A stretch of 60,538 bases of DNA from a virus (IMGVR_UViG_3300034374_004534:1-60538), one strand, 5' to 3'. Shown: positions 9,652 to 20,207, counted from the stretch's first letter. Numbers and translations: made by a program. The notes: generated by a model not told the origin, from the sequence alone.

Positions 9652-10598
9652 TACTGAATATCGATTTCCTGCTGACCCACCTGAAACTGTGGTTCGTTCA
9701 AGAATTCAAGAAGATTCGCAACCTTCTGAATCTCTTCGGGTGCTTCAGGATTGCTCTCCAAGAACTTGAACAGGAGTTCTGCGGCCTGCATGGTGTTGCC
9801 AGTCTGCTCGGGGTTGAGCACCACCTCGTCACCAGTCAGTTCTGCTTCCTTCTCTCCAGTCTCTTCGTCGATGAGAGCCTTTTTATTTGTGTCGTGATTA
9901 AACTCTCCTCCAGTCTTGTAGATCTGTGAATCTAGAGAGCCGCCTTCCTCTGCGCTCAAAACGCCATCCTTTCCTGCGTAGGGGGCTCCAGAGAGATATG
10001 CCTGAGTGTATGCTGCAGGGGCACTAGCCATTGTGCTCAGGCCTTCAACCTGACCTGCAAATCCAAGGCTCGCCGCTTGCTGACCCTCCGCTCTAAGCTG
10101 AGCCTCCAAACCTCTCTGTGCTTGGATGTTCATATCTGAGATCTGCTGAGCTCTTTGAACATTTGATTGTCCGTAACTCTCTGCGAGTCTTGCCAGTCCA
10201 GCATCGGCGGCAGTCATCTGCTGAGCGGCAGAAAGTTCCGCCTGACCAAGCTGCTGTGACAGCTGTGGAGCAATGGCAGAGATGGCTTGACCAGAACGTG
10301 TTGGGTCCTGAACGCCAGAGGCAATGGCCTGTTGAGCCAAGGCAAGATTCTGTTCTCTCAGTTGCTGTACAGCCTCCGCCGCCTGCTTCTTCTGAAGCTC
10401 TGCGAGATCTCTAGACTCCTGAGTAACAGCGTATTGAGGTCCAGCATCATACTCCAATCCTCTCAGCTTTCTAAGGGCATCTTCAGCAATCTGTTCTCCT
10501 CCTCTTCTTTGGATACCAGATGAAATACCCTTGATAGCCCCCTGAGCTAACTTGGTTCCACCGTAGAGCGCTGCAAGTGTTGCTAGTGTAATGGCCAT
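9651..10598 (-). CDS. Putative ejection protein (T7 gp14/P22 gp7-like position)
   Basis: Hydrophobic Gly/Ala N-terminus, Gln/Ala-rich helical middle, C-terminal GEFNH...ELTGDEVV. Confidence 0.6.
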   Translation of the reverse strand: MAITLATLAALYGGTKLAQGAIKGISSGIQRRGGEQIAEDALRKLRGLEYDAGPQYAVTQESRDLAELQKKQAAEAVQQLREQNLALAQQAIASGVQDPTRSGQAISAIAPQLSQQLGQAELSAAQQMTAADAGLARLAESYGQSNVQRAQQISDMNIQAQRGLEAQLRAEGQQAASLGFAGQVEGLSTMASAPAAYTQAYLSGAPYAGKDGVLSAEEGGSLDSQIYKTGGEFNHDTNKKALIDEETGEKEAELTGDEVVLNPEQTGNTMQAAELLFKFLESNPEAPEEIQKVANLLEFLNEPQFQVGQQEIDIQ

Positions 10599-10602
10599 GT
10601 TG

Positions 10603-10610
10603 CAAATATA
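10603..10610 (-). promoter_or_regulatory. -7 promoter box TATATTTG
   Basis: TATATTTG-CAAC-ATG. Confidence 0.7.
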
Positions 10611-10617
10611 GTTATTC

Positions 10618-11565
10618 TCACTTAGAGTGGTCTAAGTCAGTTTGTTCGTAGTTAAGGTTTAATGCATAGAGCTCAAAGTCCTGAGCGCCAAGAGTAAAGT
10701 GGGCTTCAGCGAACTGCCCTCTCATCATGTCACCCGCATGGCGAGGATCAATCAAAGCAAACACAGTCAATCCCGATTCTGCAGTCTGAGAGATAAGACC
10801 CGCCAAAGCTGGGATGGCACCGACAGCAGTAGCCTTGACCACAATGCCGTCGTTCTGATACGCAGACTTCAATCCGACCGACTCAAGATCTTCGGTGCTA
10901 GCAATGTTGATGCTGCATCTTACGTCGTTGTACATCATCCCCTGCTGGATGGCCTCTTGCTGGCCACCATAGATGGATACAATGTTGGCTGCACGAGGGC
11001 TCTTAAAGACAAGTTTTGTTCTGTTGACTGCCCCCTGACCAACGCCCACGGCAAGCCCAGAGATAGGGAGCTTGTACAAGTTGTTGCCCAAAGAGTTTTC
11101 CATCAAATCAAAGCCCTTTCTGAAGAACATGTGACCCATGTACTTGAGGTCTGCAGTGGGTCTAATCCTAGGGTCCTTACCGAGGTGAGCGTACTTGTTT
11201 CCTCCGTAGTTGCTAATCAGTCCTGCACTCACATACTCCCTGCGACCAGATGGGCTGATGAAGTCACTGGTAGTAAACAAGTTAACTCCATTCTTGTATT
11301 CGCCAGCTCCCTCGATAGACATCGACTTGTAGAGTTTATTCTGGGATGGGTTGGCAGAGAAAGCTACAGCTACTGTTGATGGGTATGTGTTTCCATAGAA
11401 GCTGTTGTTGGTCCCGACGTTGTGCCTCCAAGCGACACTCCCATCATTGATCAACTTATTTGATGAGAAGAACTTCTTGTCGATGTTGGAGTAGTTAGAA
11501 GCAATGTAATCGTACTTCGACGTCCACACATTGTTCTTGTTGCTAAAGCCTATGGTCTTCTTCAT
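10618..11565 (-). CDS. Tail protein, probably the separated C-terminal part of the tail stabilisation protein
   Basis: Begins TIGF....N.WTS.Y.Y, ends MRGQF...FELYALN; resembles the C-terminal block of crAss-like stabilisation proteins. Confidence 0.55.
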   Translation of the reverse strand: MKKTIGFSNKNNVWTSKYDYIASNYSNIDKKFFSSNKLINDGSVAWRHNVGTNNSFYGNTYPSTVAVAFSANPSQNKLYKSMSIEGAGEYKNGVNLFTTSDFISPSGRREYVSAGLISNYGGNKYAHLGKDPRIRPTADLKYMGHMFFRKGFDLMENSLGNNLYKLPISGLAVGVGQGAVNRTKLVFKSPRAANIVSIYGGQQEAIQQGMMYNDVRCSINIASTEDLESVGLKSAYQNDGIVVKATAVGAIPALAGLISQTAESGLTVFALIDPRHAGDMMRGQFAEAHFTLGAQDFELYALNLNYEQTDLDHSK

Positions 11566-14500
11566 GATGATGGAGTTACTGTGAATGTTCCGCCGAGGGA
11601 GCTGTTAAGCGTTCCCGTCAAGTCGTTGGCTGCAGCAAAGGCCGCTTCAACATCTTCCACAGCGATAGAGTAGATGTCTGCTCCCACGTAGTCCTCAAGG
11701 GTGTTGGTTAGCTGAAAGTTTTCGAAGTTCCAGATAGTTCCGCTTGGATTTTCCTCGGGGCCAAATCCAGATCCAGAAAAGCTATCTAGGGGCTGCTGCA
11801 CGATCGCTCTCATGTCAGAGATAGCATTGTGCAATCCAACAAGAAGGGACATACCAGTTTGTCTAAAGCCTTGAGGGAAGTTTGGCTCACCTTGGTAATA
11901 GGTCGTGTTGTATGATGAGAAGAAGTCAGCTGGTGTTAGAGCGTCTGGACCAAGTCCCTCGAATTCAATTTCCCCTAAGTAGGTTCCAGTTGAAGATGTC
12001 TCACCACCTTCATATCTACCCAAGAATCTCTGAAACTGAACAACTCTAGCTACCGCGTTTTCTGAACTATCCACGATACTCAGTAGACCAGCAATGTTTG
12101 CTCCAAATGGATATTCATTAGACGCTTCAAATACTAACCCTTTTGCGAAGTCATTTGCCTCGTTAAAACCCTCAAAGTCGTCTGCATAGAGTCCACTGAA
12201 GTCCAAGAACTTCTGCTTGGCGTCTGAGAGAACTGACTGAAGGTTTCTAATGCCTTCTGCCACGCTAACCCCAGTACCGCTTTCATTCAAAACGTTTGAG
12301 AAAGCATTGATCACATCAATAACGTCCTGATCTGTTCCTGACTCAAGCTTAGTCATCCACCCTTGAAGAATGTCTGTATTGCTGCCCTCCGATGTGTCGA
12401 ATCCTTGGAACTCACCCACTGTATTGGCAGTGGCGTTGAGGAATGTAGTAATCGGTCCTCTGAGTGCATCGGCAACTGGCTCGACTGCTCCAAATACAGA
12501 CTCAAGATCTGCGGTAAACTCAGCTACAATTTCTGATGCAAATACGATTTCGCTAAGGTCAATCTGACCATCTTCGTTTTCGTCAAAAGCATTAAGGATA
12601 GTGGCAGCAGAAGGAACTGAATCCACTCCAATCTCATTCAGGAGCCCTGCAATAGGAGCTGGGATTTGATTCACGACATCAGGCTTCCCCGCCAAGTTGT
12701 AAGTAGCGTTGAGTCCGTTGAAGGCCTGAGTAAGAAGAGCGTCTCTAGTTACCTCAAGCGAAGCGATGTTCGCGCTCTGAGATGTGATGAGTGACTCAAA
12801 CTGAGTGTCTTTGTAGTTCTGGATTCCATCCTCCAAGTTCGCTGAAACCAGAGACTCAAGGTCAGTTGTGTAACTGTTCAGAGTATCTTCAAGCTGAGTG
12901 AGCCCTTCGTTTGAAGCGTTGTAGAGTGATTCAATAACGCTTTCAGACACGCCGTTGTAGTTGATTCCAAACAACCTTGTAACAGAACCCCCACCCTGAT
13001 TAGCAGCTTGAGTGTTGTAGATGGCGCTAACAACCTGAGAGATCTGAGTCAAGATGTCGTTTTTATCAGCACTAACTGCACTAATCGTGCTGGAAAGCGA
13101 TGTTGTCACTTGGGCACCAGAAGTACTAAGGATAAGATCCATGGCGTTAAGGAACGCCGACATATCTGAAATGAAGCTCGGGTTTTCGTAAATGGCAGAC
13201 CCAATCGGAATATCAGAAGACGGATCATCGTCATTCAGAGAGTTGGTCGTAGGAATACCAAACCCAATCTTATAGTCGGTAAATGCACCACCGCTTCTCA
13301 GGGAGTAGGATCCCTGATCTTCGTTAAAAAGGCCAGCGTTAGCCTGAGCTTGTCCATGGTAAGCAAGCATGAGCTCAAGGAAATCCTCTTTGCTCACGTT
13401 CGCTCCAGCTGGGGCAATGTTGGGGAAATGATTCGCCTGAAGTGGGACAGCTATAGAGGCGTCTTCTGAAATATTTGTCGTAGCCTGACCAATTGCGACG
13501 GTCATCTGCAGGGCACTGGTGTTAAGGCTGTCTCTGATCTGCTCATGAGACGCACTGGCTGAGCTAAGCTGCCCAGTAATTGTAGCCTCGTTGTCGTTTA
13601 GAGATCCTTCAAGCAAACCAACAAACTCATTAAGAGCATTTACGGTTACTTCACCTCCAGTAAGAGATGAGATGGCATCCTCAAAACCTGTGATTTCAGA
13701 ATCAAGGTTATCGACAAAAGTGGTCAGCTCTACAGTAAGCTCATCGACACTTGGTGCACCCTCTTCGTTGATCACATTGACGATTGCATCGTAGAGAGAT
13801 CCGACCTGCCCAAGCAAAATTTCATTTTGCTCTTCGAGCGCATCCAATACATCCTGATCAATAACAGGACCAACCACGCCATCTCCACCTTCCTCTTCTT
13901 CGCCTTCACCATTTGTCGGGTTGACTGGATCGTCTTGAACAGTAGATCCTGACTCCTGAAGAACCTCGACATCTCCAGAGAAACTCAAGGTCACGGCATT
14001 GTACACACTGAGTACGTACTCGTCGAGGATGGGGTCGTATCCACCAACAACTCTGACCTGACCAGAGTTAAGTGACGAGTCAATGGCCGACTGGAAGAGC
14101 TCCCTGAAGTACGACTTCATGCCCTTCTCAGAGATGATCTGAACACCGTTGGCTGGGTTGAACTTGTATACCTCTTGCTTCTCCTTGTTTGCGAAGTACA
14201 AGCTCTCCCCCACCTTGGCCACCGATTCAGGGTTGGTGCTACAACCATTGTCTCCCGCATAGAAAGACTGAGTTCCGATAACTTTCTCTGATGCTACGAT
14301 CAACTCCTGACCAGTGAGGTCCGAGATGACACTGCGAGCGATTGGGAGGGCGCTGACCTTCTCCTCGTTCAGAACGAAAATAGAGTCTCCAAAATCAACG
14401 ATCTTGGAAATCTGACCATGCTTATTGGGAAGATCCTTAAAGTTGCTTGTAGTGGCGTCAAACGTCGTGTATCGCAAGACAGGTGAAGACAGGCTGTTGA

Positions 14501-17500
14501 AGTCCGAGAAGGTCACAGAGGAATCTCTGCGAATCTCCTTTTGGAATCGGTTCATTACCTTGGGGCGCCCGTAATCATATTGGTCCGCACCAGAGATAAC
14601 GTCTGTAAACGTCTTGCTTTCAACATAGTAGTCCAAAAACTTGGGGCTGCTAGTGCCTACATCCCTAATAAGGTTTAGGAATCTCTCCTGCTGTACGTTG
14701 TACGAAGGCATGGCTAGTGCAGTTCGTCTAAACCACACGTCACCGTTCTGAAGAACAATCTGGTTGTTCTCCCAGCTGGGCACCCCACCATCTCTAATCA
14801 CGTTGTACTTGCGAGAGATCTCGTAGTAGACCCTGTTCTCAATATCCTGATTGTTGATAGGGCTGTAGATCTCAAAGACGCATCTGTTGTTCCACAGGTG
14901 AGCGTTAGAGGCAGAAGGGGAGGTGCCGTTACCGCTTTGAGCTGACTTCACATAGTCAAACGAGAATCCAGTTGCGCTGGGGTTGTCTCTCAAAACCAAG
15001 AACTGACCAACCTTCGAGGGGATGGCTGGAGGGTTGTCTTGGTTGATAAGCGGGTTGTCCTCGTCATCAGCAAGGTTGACCAGACCGACTACATCAAACT
15101 CATATGCAGTGGGGTACACCCTGTTAGACTGGTTCGAGTAATAAGAGATGATCCGCAGCTTGTCACCCTCCTTGTAGTTGTACAGGTCCTTGGTTCCAAT
15201 TGTAGATACAGCCCCGAAAGACTCAGCGTAAGACACGTCTCTGTTCTCCTGAAGGTAGTTGAGGGAAACGTAGATGTTTCCGTTCGTTCCTTCGTTGGCG
15301 TGCTCAATGAACGCCCCACCAGCAGTGTACTGAATGAAGTCATCAACAGTGCTGTTGCCTCCGTAAACGATTTGATAGTGCCATGCCCACGACGGGGGAG
15401 AGCTGTTCAAGTTGACTTGAATGCTTACTGGCCCCTGAGCAACTCCGTTATCGTACCCGTCAACATACGTACTCCCCAGAGGCACCACGTCGGTGGATCT
15501 ACCTCTCTGGTCGTAGAACACGATGCCGAAGTCGTGAGTGGCCTTTGTCTTAAAGGACCTGCTAGCAGTGCTGCCCGTGTTGGGAGGAACAGTTATAGCA
15601 TCAAATGAGGTTACCTCAACGATTGCAGACTCTCTTTCGAGGATGGGGTCGTCAGCATCAGCAGCAGCTGAGTCCGACCACATGTCAATCGACGTAACAG
15701 CATTCTGATCATTTGGGACGAAGAGCAACGGCATGTTCCAGCTAGACTGACCCATAGCGTCCTTGAAAACTGAAGACTCAAAAGACCCGATGAATGGTGC
15801 GTATCCCATAACGATACACTTGTGGGTAACACTTCCAAAGTCAAGGCCTTTGTAGTTAACTCCTGCAAGTTCGCCAGAGTCCTTCCCGCTTGCTCCAGCC
15901 TCTCCGTCAAGTGTAGAGAATGCAAACTGGAAGAAAGCGTCTTCACGTTGGATGATCTCAATATCATCAAACTCTTGAGCATCAGCAGCGAACCTGCTGA
16001 ATGTATGAATCAGTGCTTGTTCTCCACTGTATGCAAATGAGAACACCCCATCAAGTCTCTCAACTTGAGTCCGTGTTGTTCCTGCGGGGATGAGACCACC
16101 AAACCACCTTTTGATTTGAGTGACGTCAATCTCATCCTCAAGAGTCCCATAGATGCCGTTAAGTTCAACTGAATCAATCAATGGGTCCAATCCACTAACG
16201 ATGAATGCGGCTTGAGAGCCGAGGTGAGTGAACATACCCCCAGCACCTGTTGCACCTAGCTCTGGGGCGCTAAGATCCCCAAGCTCAAACTGAATGAAAT
16301 CAGGAGTCAAGCATACCCATCCGTCAAAGATGTTTCCAAACTGGAGATCAAGTTCACCGCCTTGGGCATTAGTCAAAAAGACGTCAGCCCAGTTGGAAAT
16401 TCTATCGCCCACCCCTTCGCTCATATCCACATCGGGGATGCAAGTGAAGATCTCTGGGTTCTGGATGTCGACCAAGTCAAGAGCAAAGAATGAATTGTCC
16501 TGATTGCCATACTCGGACAAGGCGTACTGATCAGAGATATCTCTAAGTGTAAAGCTTGGTGTGGCCTTGTTCACAATAAAGAAACCGCATGGCTGCACGC
16601 CCCTTGAATCAGCAGCCTCGATTGCACTGTAGTCACCGACAGCATTGATCAGCTTAGTCCTGTAGTCGGGAGACCCGAAGACATTCAGCTTATCCTTGTT
16701 GGAGATGTTCAAGTCGATGTCGTACTGAGCAACGTTGTTTACAGAGATGGTGTCGATCAGAGGGATAGAAACGGGGTTTCCGTTAACTACTTGAGAATCA
16801 AACAAAGACGAGTCTCCTCTGAGATAGTTGCCAGTGAGGAGGTCTCTGATAATCAGAGATAGTCTCTCACGTGAGATGTCGAGCAATGTGCTGAATGAAG
16901 CGCCGAACTCAAGTGGTCTCCCCTGAATGATGAATGGGTTGTGTGCCGAAGTACCGTAAGTAACATCGATCTCACCTTCATTCGTGAACGCAGGAGCCCA
17001 ACGAGGCATAGCTTCGTCGATAGAGTTTGCCGTTCTGTATGGAATCTCTGCAATAGACCGTCTTTTAAGACCAGACGTTTGCTCTGCTACAGAAGGAAGG
17101 TCGATACCACCTCCCTGAAGACTAGGGAAGAACGAAGCTCCTCCAGCAGCCATGCCAACAGTCTCATTTCCCATGTCAATGAAGAGACCCTGATGCTCAA
17201 CCGATTGAGCGATGTGGCCCTCGGTACCATCACCGAGCTTGGTGAGCTGAGCACTTCCGTGGTAGCTGTTGCGTGACTCGTAGAAGTGGAAGTTATTGTC
17301 TGGGCTTACGTTCAGGTTGAAGATAACCTGAGTGCCAGCGGCAATGCTGTCAGGCAGTCCAGATGTATCCAGCTTGTATGCAGAAACCCTGTTGTGGGGA
17401 GAGGTGTCATCCGTAGAGTCGTTGACCTGTCTGATCTCTGGAATAACTTCCAGCTGAAGGGAGATAAAGTCGGTAGGTCTCTCAGCAAATCCGTGATTGA

Positions 17501-18566
17501 TAGTAGCGTCAACATCGGGTACGTCGAACCCCTCAACGTAGTTTGCGTAGAAGAGTCGGTTATTGGTGATGTCTTGGGTGCGTGCCTTCTTGGGGACCGC
17601 ATCAAAGTGGCGACGAGTCTCCCCAACAGGAAGAGCCGTGTAGATCTCATCGTTGTAGAACTTAGAAGAGACACTGCCTCCGCTGTAGTCTACCTCGTCT
17701 GCAATCAGCCACGCACCTGTGTTGCCGCTTCTTACCAAGATTCTAACGCGAGACACCTCTGAGGTGAATGCGTTATCTGGGATGTTGAGCTGGATGTAGT
17801 TCTCAGAGAAGAAGTTAGGGTTGGGCTGAGCACCCTGATTCAAGTAGGCAGATGGAACCGCCAGAGTAGAGTAAGTGCTGAGCGCACTCACGTCTCCAGA
17901 CTTATATACGTTCTGGTATGCAAACTGAAATCCCCTCTCCCCCTTGAAGTTGCTGACCTTGTAGGTCGGATCGTTCTGGAAGCTCCACTGAGGTGGGTCA
18001 ACAGGAGTTCTAGGGCAGACAGAAACAAAGTCCAAGAACTGCAAACCAGATCCAGCTTCGGAAGCTCTCTGGACATCAATCTTCTTCGGCTCCGTATGGT
18101 TGTCAGTGAAGAACAGGATGGGCTTCAAGTCGGTCCCCCCAACCACTGAGTTAGGGATATACACCACGTTGCCGTCAACGTAAGAGTTGCCCCTAAAGTT
18201 GAACAGCTCAGATGAGAGCAACTTCTGCAGGTTGTTGCCCGAAGTGTCGTAGAAGTAAACACCTGACTGTGAGCCATTTGGGCTGTACACAAAGTAGTAG
18301 ATGCGGCCAGCACGCTCGTCGTTGCAGCTTCCGATAACCTTAGACCCAGTGGCAAGGCCGTGATCGGTAAGGTTTGTCACAGCCGAGTTGCCCTTGACTG
18401 GCTTCAAGACGCCGAAGTTTCCAGTGGCTGTTTCTACGCCTGAGGAGAACTCTCCATTGTTGTCGTCAATAGTTACGTTGACCGCATCCAGCATCTCATC
18501 CTGCTGGTGTAAACGTGTATCCTTGCTCGAATTGAGTCTTCTGGGAAATACTTTATCTATTGCCAT
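11562..18566 (-). CDS. Tail stabilisation/muzzle protein (P22 gp10-like, crAss-like) with long C-terminal extension
   Basis: 2334 aa; LFFTDN..EPKKID, NRLFYANYVEG, FGIVFYDQRGRS, YAGDNG.STNPES, GGYDP..DEY motifs. Confidence 0.8.
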   Translation of the reverse strand: MAIDKVFPRRLNSSKDTRLHQQDEMLDAVNVTIDDNNGEFSSGVETATGNFGVLKPVKGNSAVTNLTDHGLATGSKVIGSCNDERAGRIYYFVYSPNGSQSGVYFYDTSGNNLQKLLSSELFNFRGNSYVDGNVVYIPNSVVGGTDLKPILFFTDNHTEPKKIDVQRASEAGSGLQFLDFVSVCPRTPVDPPQWSFQNDPTYKVSNFKGERGFQFAYQNVYKSGDVSALSTYSTLAVPSAYLNQGAQPNPNFFSENYIQLNIPDNAFTSEVSRVRILVRSGNTGAWLIADEVDYSGGSVSSKFYNDEIYTALPVGETRRHFDAVPKKARTQDITNNRLFYANYVEGFDVPDVDATINHGFAERPTDFISLQLEVIPEIRQVNDSTDDTSPHNRVSAYKLDTSGLPDSIAAGTQVIFNLNVSPDNNFHFYESRNSYHGSAQLTKLGDGTEGHIAQSVEHQGLFIDMGNETVGMAAGGASFFPSLQGGGIDLPSVAEQTSGLKRRSIAEIPYRTANSIDEAMPRWAPAFTNEGEIDVTYGTSAHNPFIIQGRPLEFGASFSTLLDISRERLSLIIRDLLTGNYLRGDSSLFDSQVVNGNPVSIPLIDTISVNNVAQYDIDLNISNKDKLNVFGSPDYRTKLINAVGDYSAIEAADSRGVQPCGFFIVNKATPSFTLRDISDQYALSEYGNQDNSFFALDLVDIQNPEIFTCIPDVDMSEGVGDRISNWADVFLTNAQGGELDLQFGNIFDGWVCLTPDFIQFELGDLSAPELGATGAGGMFTHLGSQAAFIVSGLDPLIDSVELNGIYGTLEDEIDVTQIKRWFGGLIPAGTTRTQVERLDGVFSFAYSGEQALIHTFSRFAADAQEFDDIEIIQREDAFFQFAFSTLDGEAGASGKDSGELAGVNYKGLDFGSVTHKCIVMGYAPFIGSFESSVFKDAMGQSSWNMPLLFVPNDQNAVTSIDMWSDSAAADADDPILERESAIVEVTSFDAITVPPNTGSTASRSFKTKATHDFGIVFYDQRGRSTDVVPLGSTYVDGYDNGVAQGPVSIQVNLNSSPPSWAWHYQIVYGGNSTVDDFIQYTAGGAFIEHANEGTNGNIYVSLNYLQENRDVSYAESFGAVSTIGTKDLYNYKEGDKLRIISYYSNQSNRVYPTAYEFDVVGLVNLADDEDNPLINQDNPPAIPSKVGQFLVLRDNPSATGFSFDYVKSAQSGNGTSPSASNAHLWNNRCVFEIYSPINNQDIENRVYYEISRKYNVIRDGGVPSWENNQIVLQNGDVWFRRTALAMPSYNVQQERFLNLIRDVGTSSPKFLDYYVESKTFTDVISGADQYDYGRPKVMNRFQKEIRRDSSVTFSDFNSLSSPVLRYTTFDATTSNFKDLPNKHGQISKIVDFGDSIFVLNEEKVSALPIARSVISDLTGQELIVASEKVIGTQSFYAGDNGCSTNPESVAKVGESLYFANKEKQEVYKFNPANGVQIISEKGMKSYFRELFQSAIDSSLNSGQVRVVGGYDPILDEYVLSVYNAVTLSFSGDVEVLQESGSTVQDDPVNPTNGEGEEEEGGDGVVGPVIDQDVLDALEEQNEILLGQVGSLYDAIVNVINEEGAPSVDELTVELTTFVDNLDSEITGFEDAISSLTGGEVTVNALNEFVGLLEGSLNDNEATITGQLSSASASHEQIRDSLNTSALQMTVAIGQATTNISEDASIAVPLQANHFPNIAPAGANVSKEDFLELMLAYHGQAQANAGLFNEDQGSYSLRSGGAFTDYKIGFGIPTTNSLNDDDPSSDIPIGSAIYENPSFISDMSAFLNAMDLILSTSGAQVTTSLSSTISAVSADKNDILTQISQVVSAIYNTQAANQGGGSVTRLFGINYNGVSESVIESLYNASNEGLTQLEDTLNSYTTDLESLVSANLEDGIQNYKDTQFESLITSQSANIASLEVTRDALLTQAFNGLNATYNLAGKPDVVNQIPAPIAGLLNEIGVDSVPSAATILNAFDENEDGQIDLSEIVFASEIVAEFTADLESVFGAVEPVADALRGPITTFLNATANTVGEFQGFDTSEGSNTDILQGWMTKLESGTDQDVIDVINAFSNVLNESGTGVSVAEGIRNLQSVLSDAKQKFLDFSGLYADDFEGFNEANDFAKGLVFEASNEYPFGANIAGLLSIVDSSENAVARVVQFQRFLGRYEGGETSSTGTYLGEIEFEGLGPDALTPADFFSSYNTTYYQGEPNFPQGFRQTGMSLLVGLHNAISDMRAIVQQPLDSFSGSGFGPEENPSGTIWNFENFQLTNTLEDYVGADIYSIAVEDVEAAFAAANDLTGTLNSSLGGTFTVTPSS

Positions 18567-19417
18567 TAGTACTTAGGTGCCTGCTTGAAGTTCTTTCTAA
18601 TCGTTCTCAATGCCTCTTCTCTGGTGAAGTTGCTTAGACGTGCCTTAGCCTTGCGGCGCTCGTTGTAGTACTCTGAGCGGGCACGCATCTTCTCGTTTGC
18701 AGGTACCGTTGACTTTCTTTCGCACAACTTGTAGTAGATGTAAGCACGAAGAGCCTCCTCTGCGTACACGTGGATCAATGGGTTGGAGCTGCGAGCTTCG
18801 TCTGCAACGTACTCAATGACCACCTTGGTGATGTCGCTGCTTGTATCGATCTCCAGTCTGTTCTGGTCAAGGTTGATCCTGTACTCACCCATACCGTGAC
18901 CACCACCGATTCCATACAACCCACCGAGATTGTTCTCGTAGATGTAGTTTCTGAACACGTAAGACTCAAACGGATCTCCGTTGTCTACGTCGCCGTTGGT
19001 TGACGTCTTGTCGTCGAGTCGGTTCTCTACTTCATTCTGCTCAAGGTACATGGGGCCTTCCTTGTCATCAACAGGGGTGGTGGTTCCGCTAACCTTGCGA
19101 GAGTAGTTGATGTTCTTGTTTTGGTTCAGGACATACACAACACCATCAGCACCAACGATACCAACCTTCACGAGGTCAACGTAGTCTGACGGGAGCTGTA
19201 CCGTATTGTTCGAGTCAATGTCTCTCTTCAGGGACTTGATGCGAGCAGTCACATCAAACCCAAACTCTCGGATACCTCGGAGAGCTACGTTGCGAAGCAT
19301 TGCGTCATTGATGTTTGAGATGTGATCATCCACATCCATGGTCAAGACAAAGTCATCCATCACCTGTCGTAAGGTGACGTAGTTCATTCCCTCGGTAGAT
19401 ATATCCTTAAATGCCAT
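18566..19417 (-). CDS. Tail tubular/ring protein (P22 gp4-like, crAss-like)
   Basis: RGIREFGFD, LPSDYVD, P.IH..AEEAL.AYI.Y; immediately upstream of the stabiliser. Confidence 0.75.
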   Translation of the reverse strand: MAFKDISTEGMNYVTLRQVMDDFVLTMDVDDHISNINDAMLRNVALRGIREFGFDVTARIKSLKRDIDSNNTVQLPSDYVDLVKVGIVGADGVVYVLNQNKNINYSRKVSGTTTPVDDKEGPMYLEQNEVENRLDDKTSTNGDVDNGDPFESYVFRNYIYENNLGGLYGIGGGHGMGEYRINLDQNRLEIDTSSDITKVVIEYVADEARSSNPLIHVYAEEALRAYIYYKLCERKSTVPANEKMRARSEYYNERRKAKARLSNFTREEALRTIRKNFKQAPKY

Positions 19418-19420
19418 GTG

Positions 19421-20164
19421 TTATTGTTGTGAAGCGCCGTAGCTCATCAGAACGTTGTCCCTGAGGGATACTCCGATCATCATACAGATCTCTTTAACAA
19501 CCTCGTCTCTGAACTCAGCAGGCAGGTCAAAGGCCCTGCAGTCAAATGGGTTGGGGATCACAAGAGACCCTGAGGTCTGAGCTGAGTAAGAAGGCTGTCT
19601 CCTGTAGTCAATTTCGCCTGCCGCAAAGCGTGCACCTGCAGTCTCGTAGCGAGAGGTGGGGTTGCGGTAGTAGTTGATGTATACGTCTGAGCCGGGGCGT
19701 GGGAAGATCTCAATCTCAGACGAAACCAATCCAACGGGGAAGTCATCCGTAGGAGCAGACAGGTTGCTATTGAGGATACGGGAAATCTTTTCACTGTTAT
19801 AAATCAAGTCCACGTTCACGCTGTCGTCGTTGAACACAGAGATGATTCGGTTCAGGTTCTCGGGCTTTTTGTAGACGCCTGAGTCATCGTAGATGGACGG
19901 GATGTTTACCTGCTGAAGAATCCCAGAAGAGATGTACTCAGAGATAAAGTTCTTGGCCTTTAGGTACAGAGAGTCCTCCCCGCCTAGGTCCGCACCGCTT
20001 CTTCTCAAGGCCTTGCCCTGAAGTGCGGCATCGTAGATCTTGCCAAAAATCTTAGACTGGACAGCAGGCAGGAGAGAGTTAAACATCTCTGGGCTCACAA
20101 ATCCCTTCTGGTCCTTGTTGGCTAAATCGCGTACTGCATTGTATACTTCAATGACGCTAATCAT
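19421..20164 (-). CDS. Tail ring/adaptor protein (crAss-like conserved structural gene)
   Basis: NKDQ.GFV.PE.FN N-terminus; start reassigned to ATG at 20164 (MISVIEV), 4 nt after the promoter box. Confidence 0.7.
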   Translation of the reverse strand: MISVIEVYNAVRDLANKDQKGFVSPEMFNSLLPAVQSKIFGKIYDAALQGKALRRSGADLGGEDSLYLKAKNFISEYISSGILQQVNIPSIYDDSGVYKKPENLNRIISVFNDDSVNVDLIYNSEKISRILNSNLSAPTDDFPVGLVSSEIEIFPRPGSDVYINYYRNPTSRYETAGARFAAGEIDYRRQPSYSAQTSGSLVIPNPFDCRAFDLPAEFRDEVVKEICMMIGVSLRDNVLMSYGASQQ

Positions 20165-20168
20165 GCAA

Positions 20169-20207
20169 CAAATATACAAACAAAAAAAGAGGCCCCGAAG
20201 GGCCTCT
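20169..20207 (-). terminator. Terminator-promoter cassette, copy 1
   Basis: Minus strand AGAGGCCC-TTCG-GGGCCTC hairpin and T-run, then GTTTG-TATATTTG. Confidence 0.75.
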
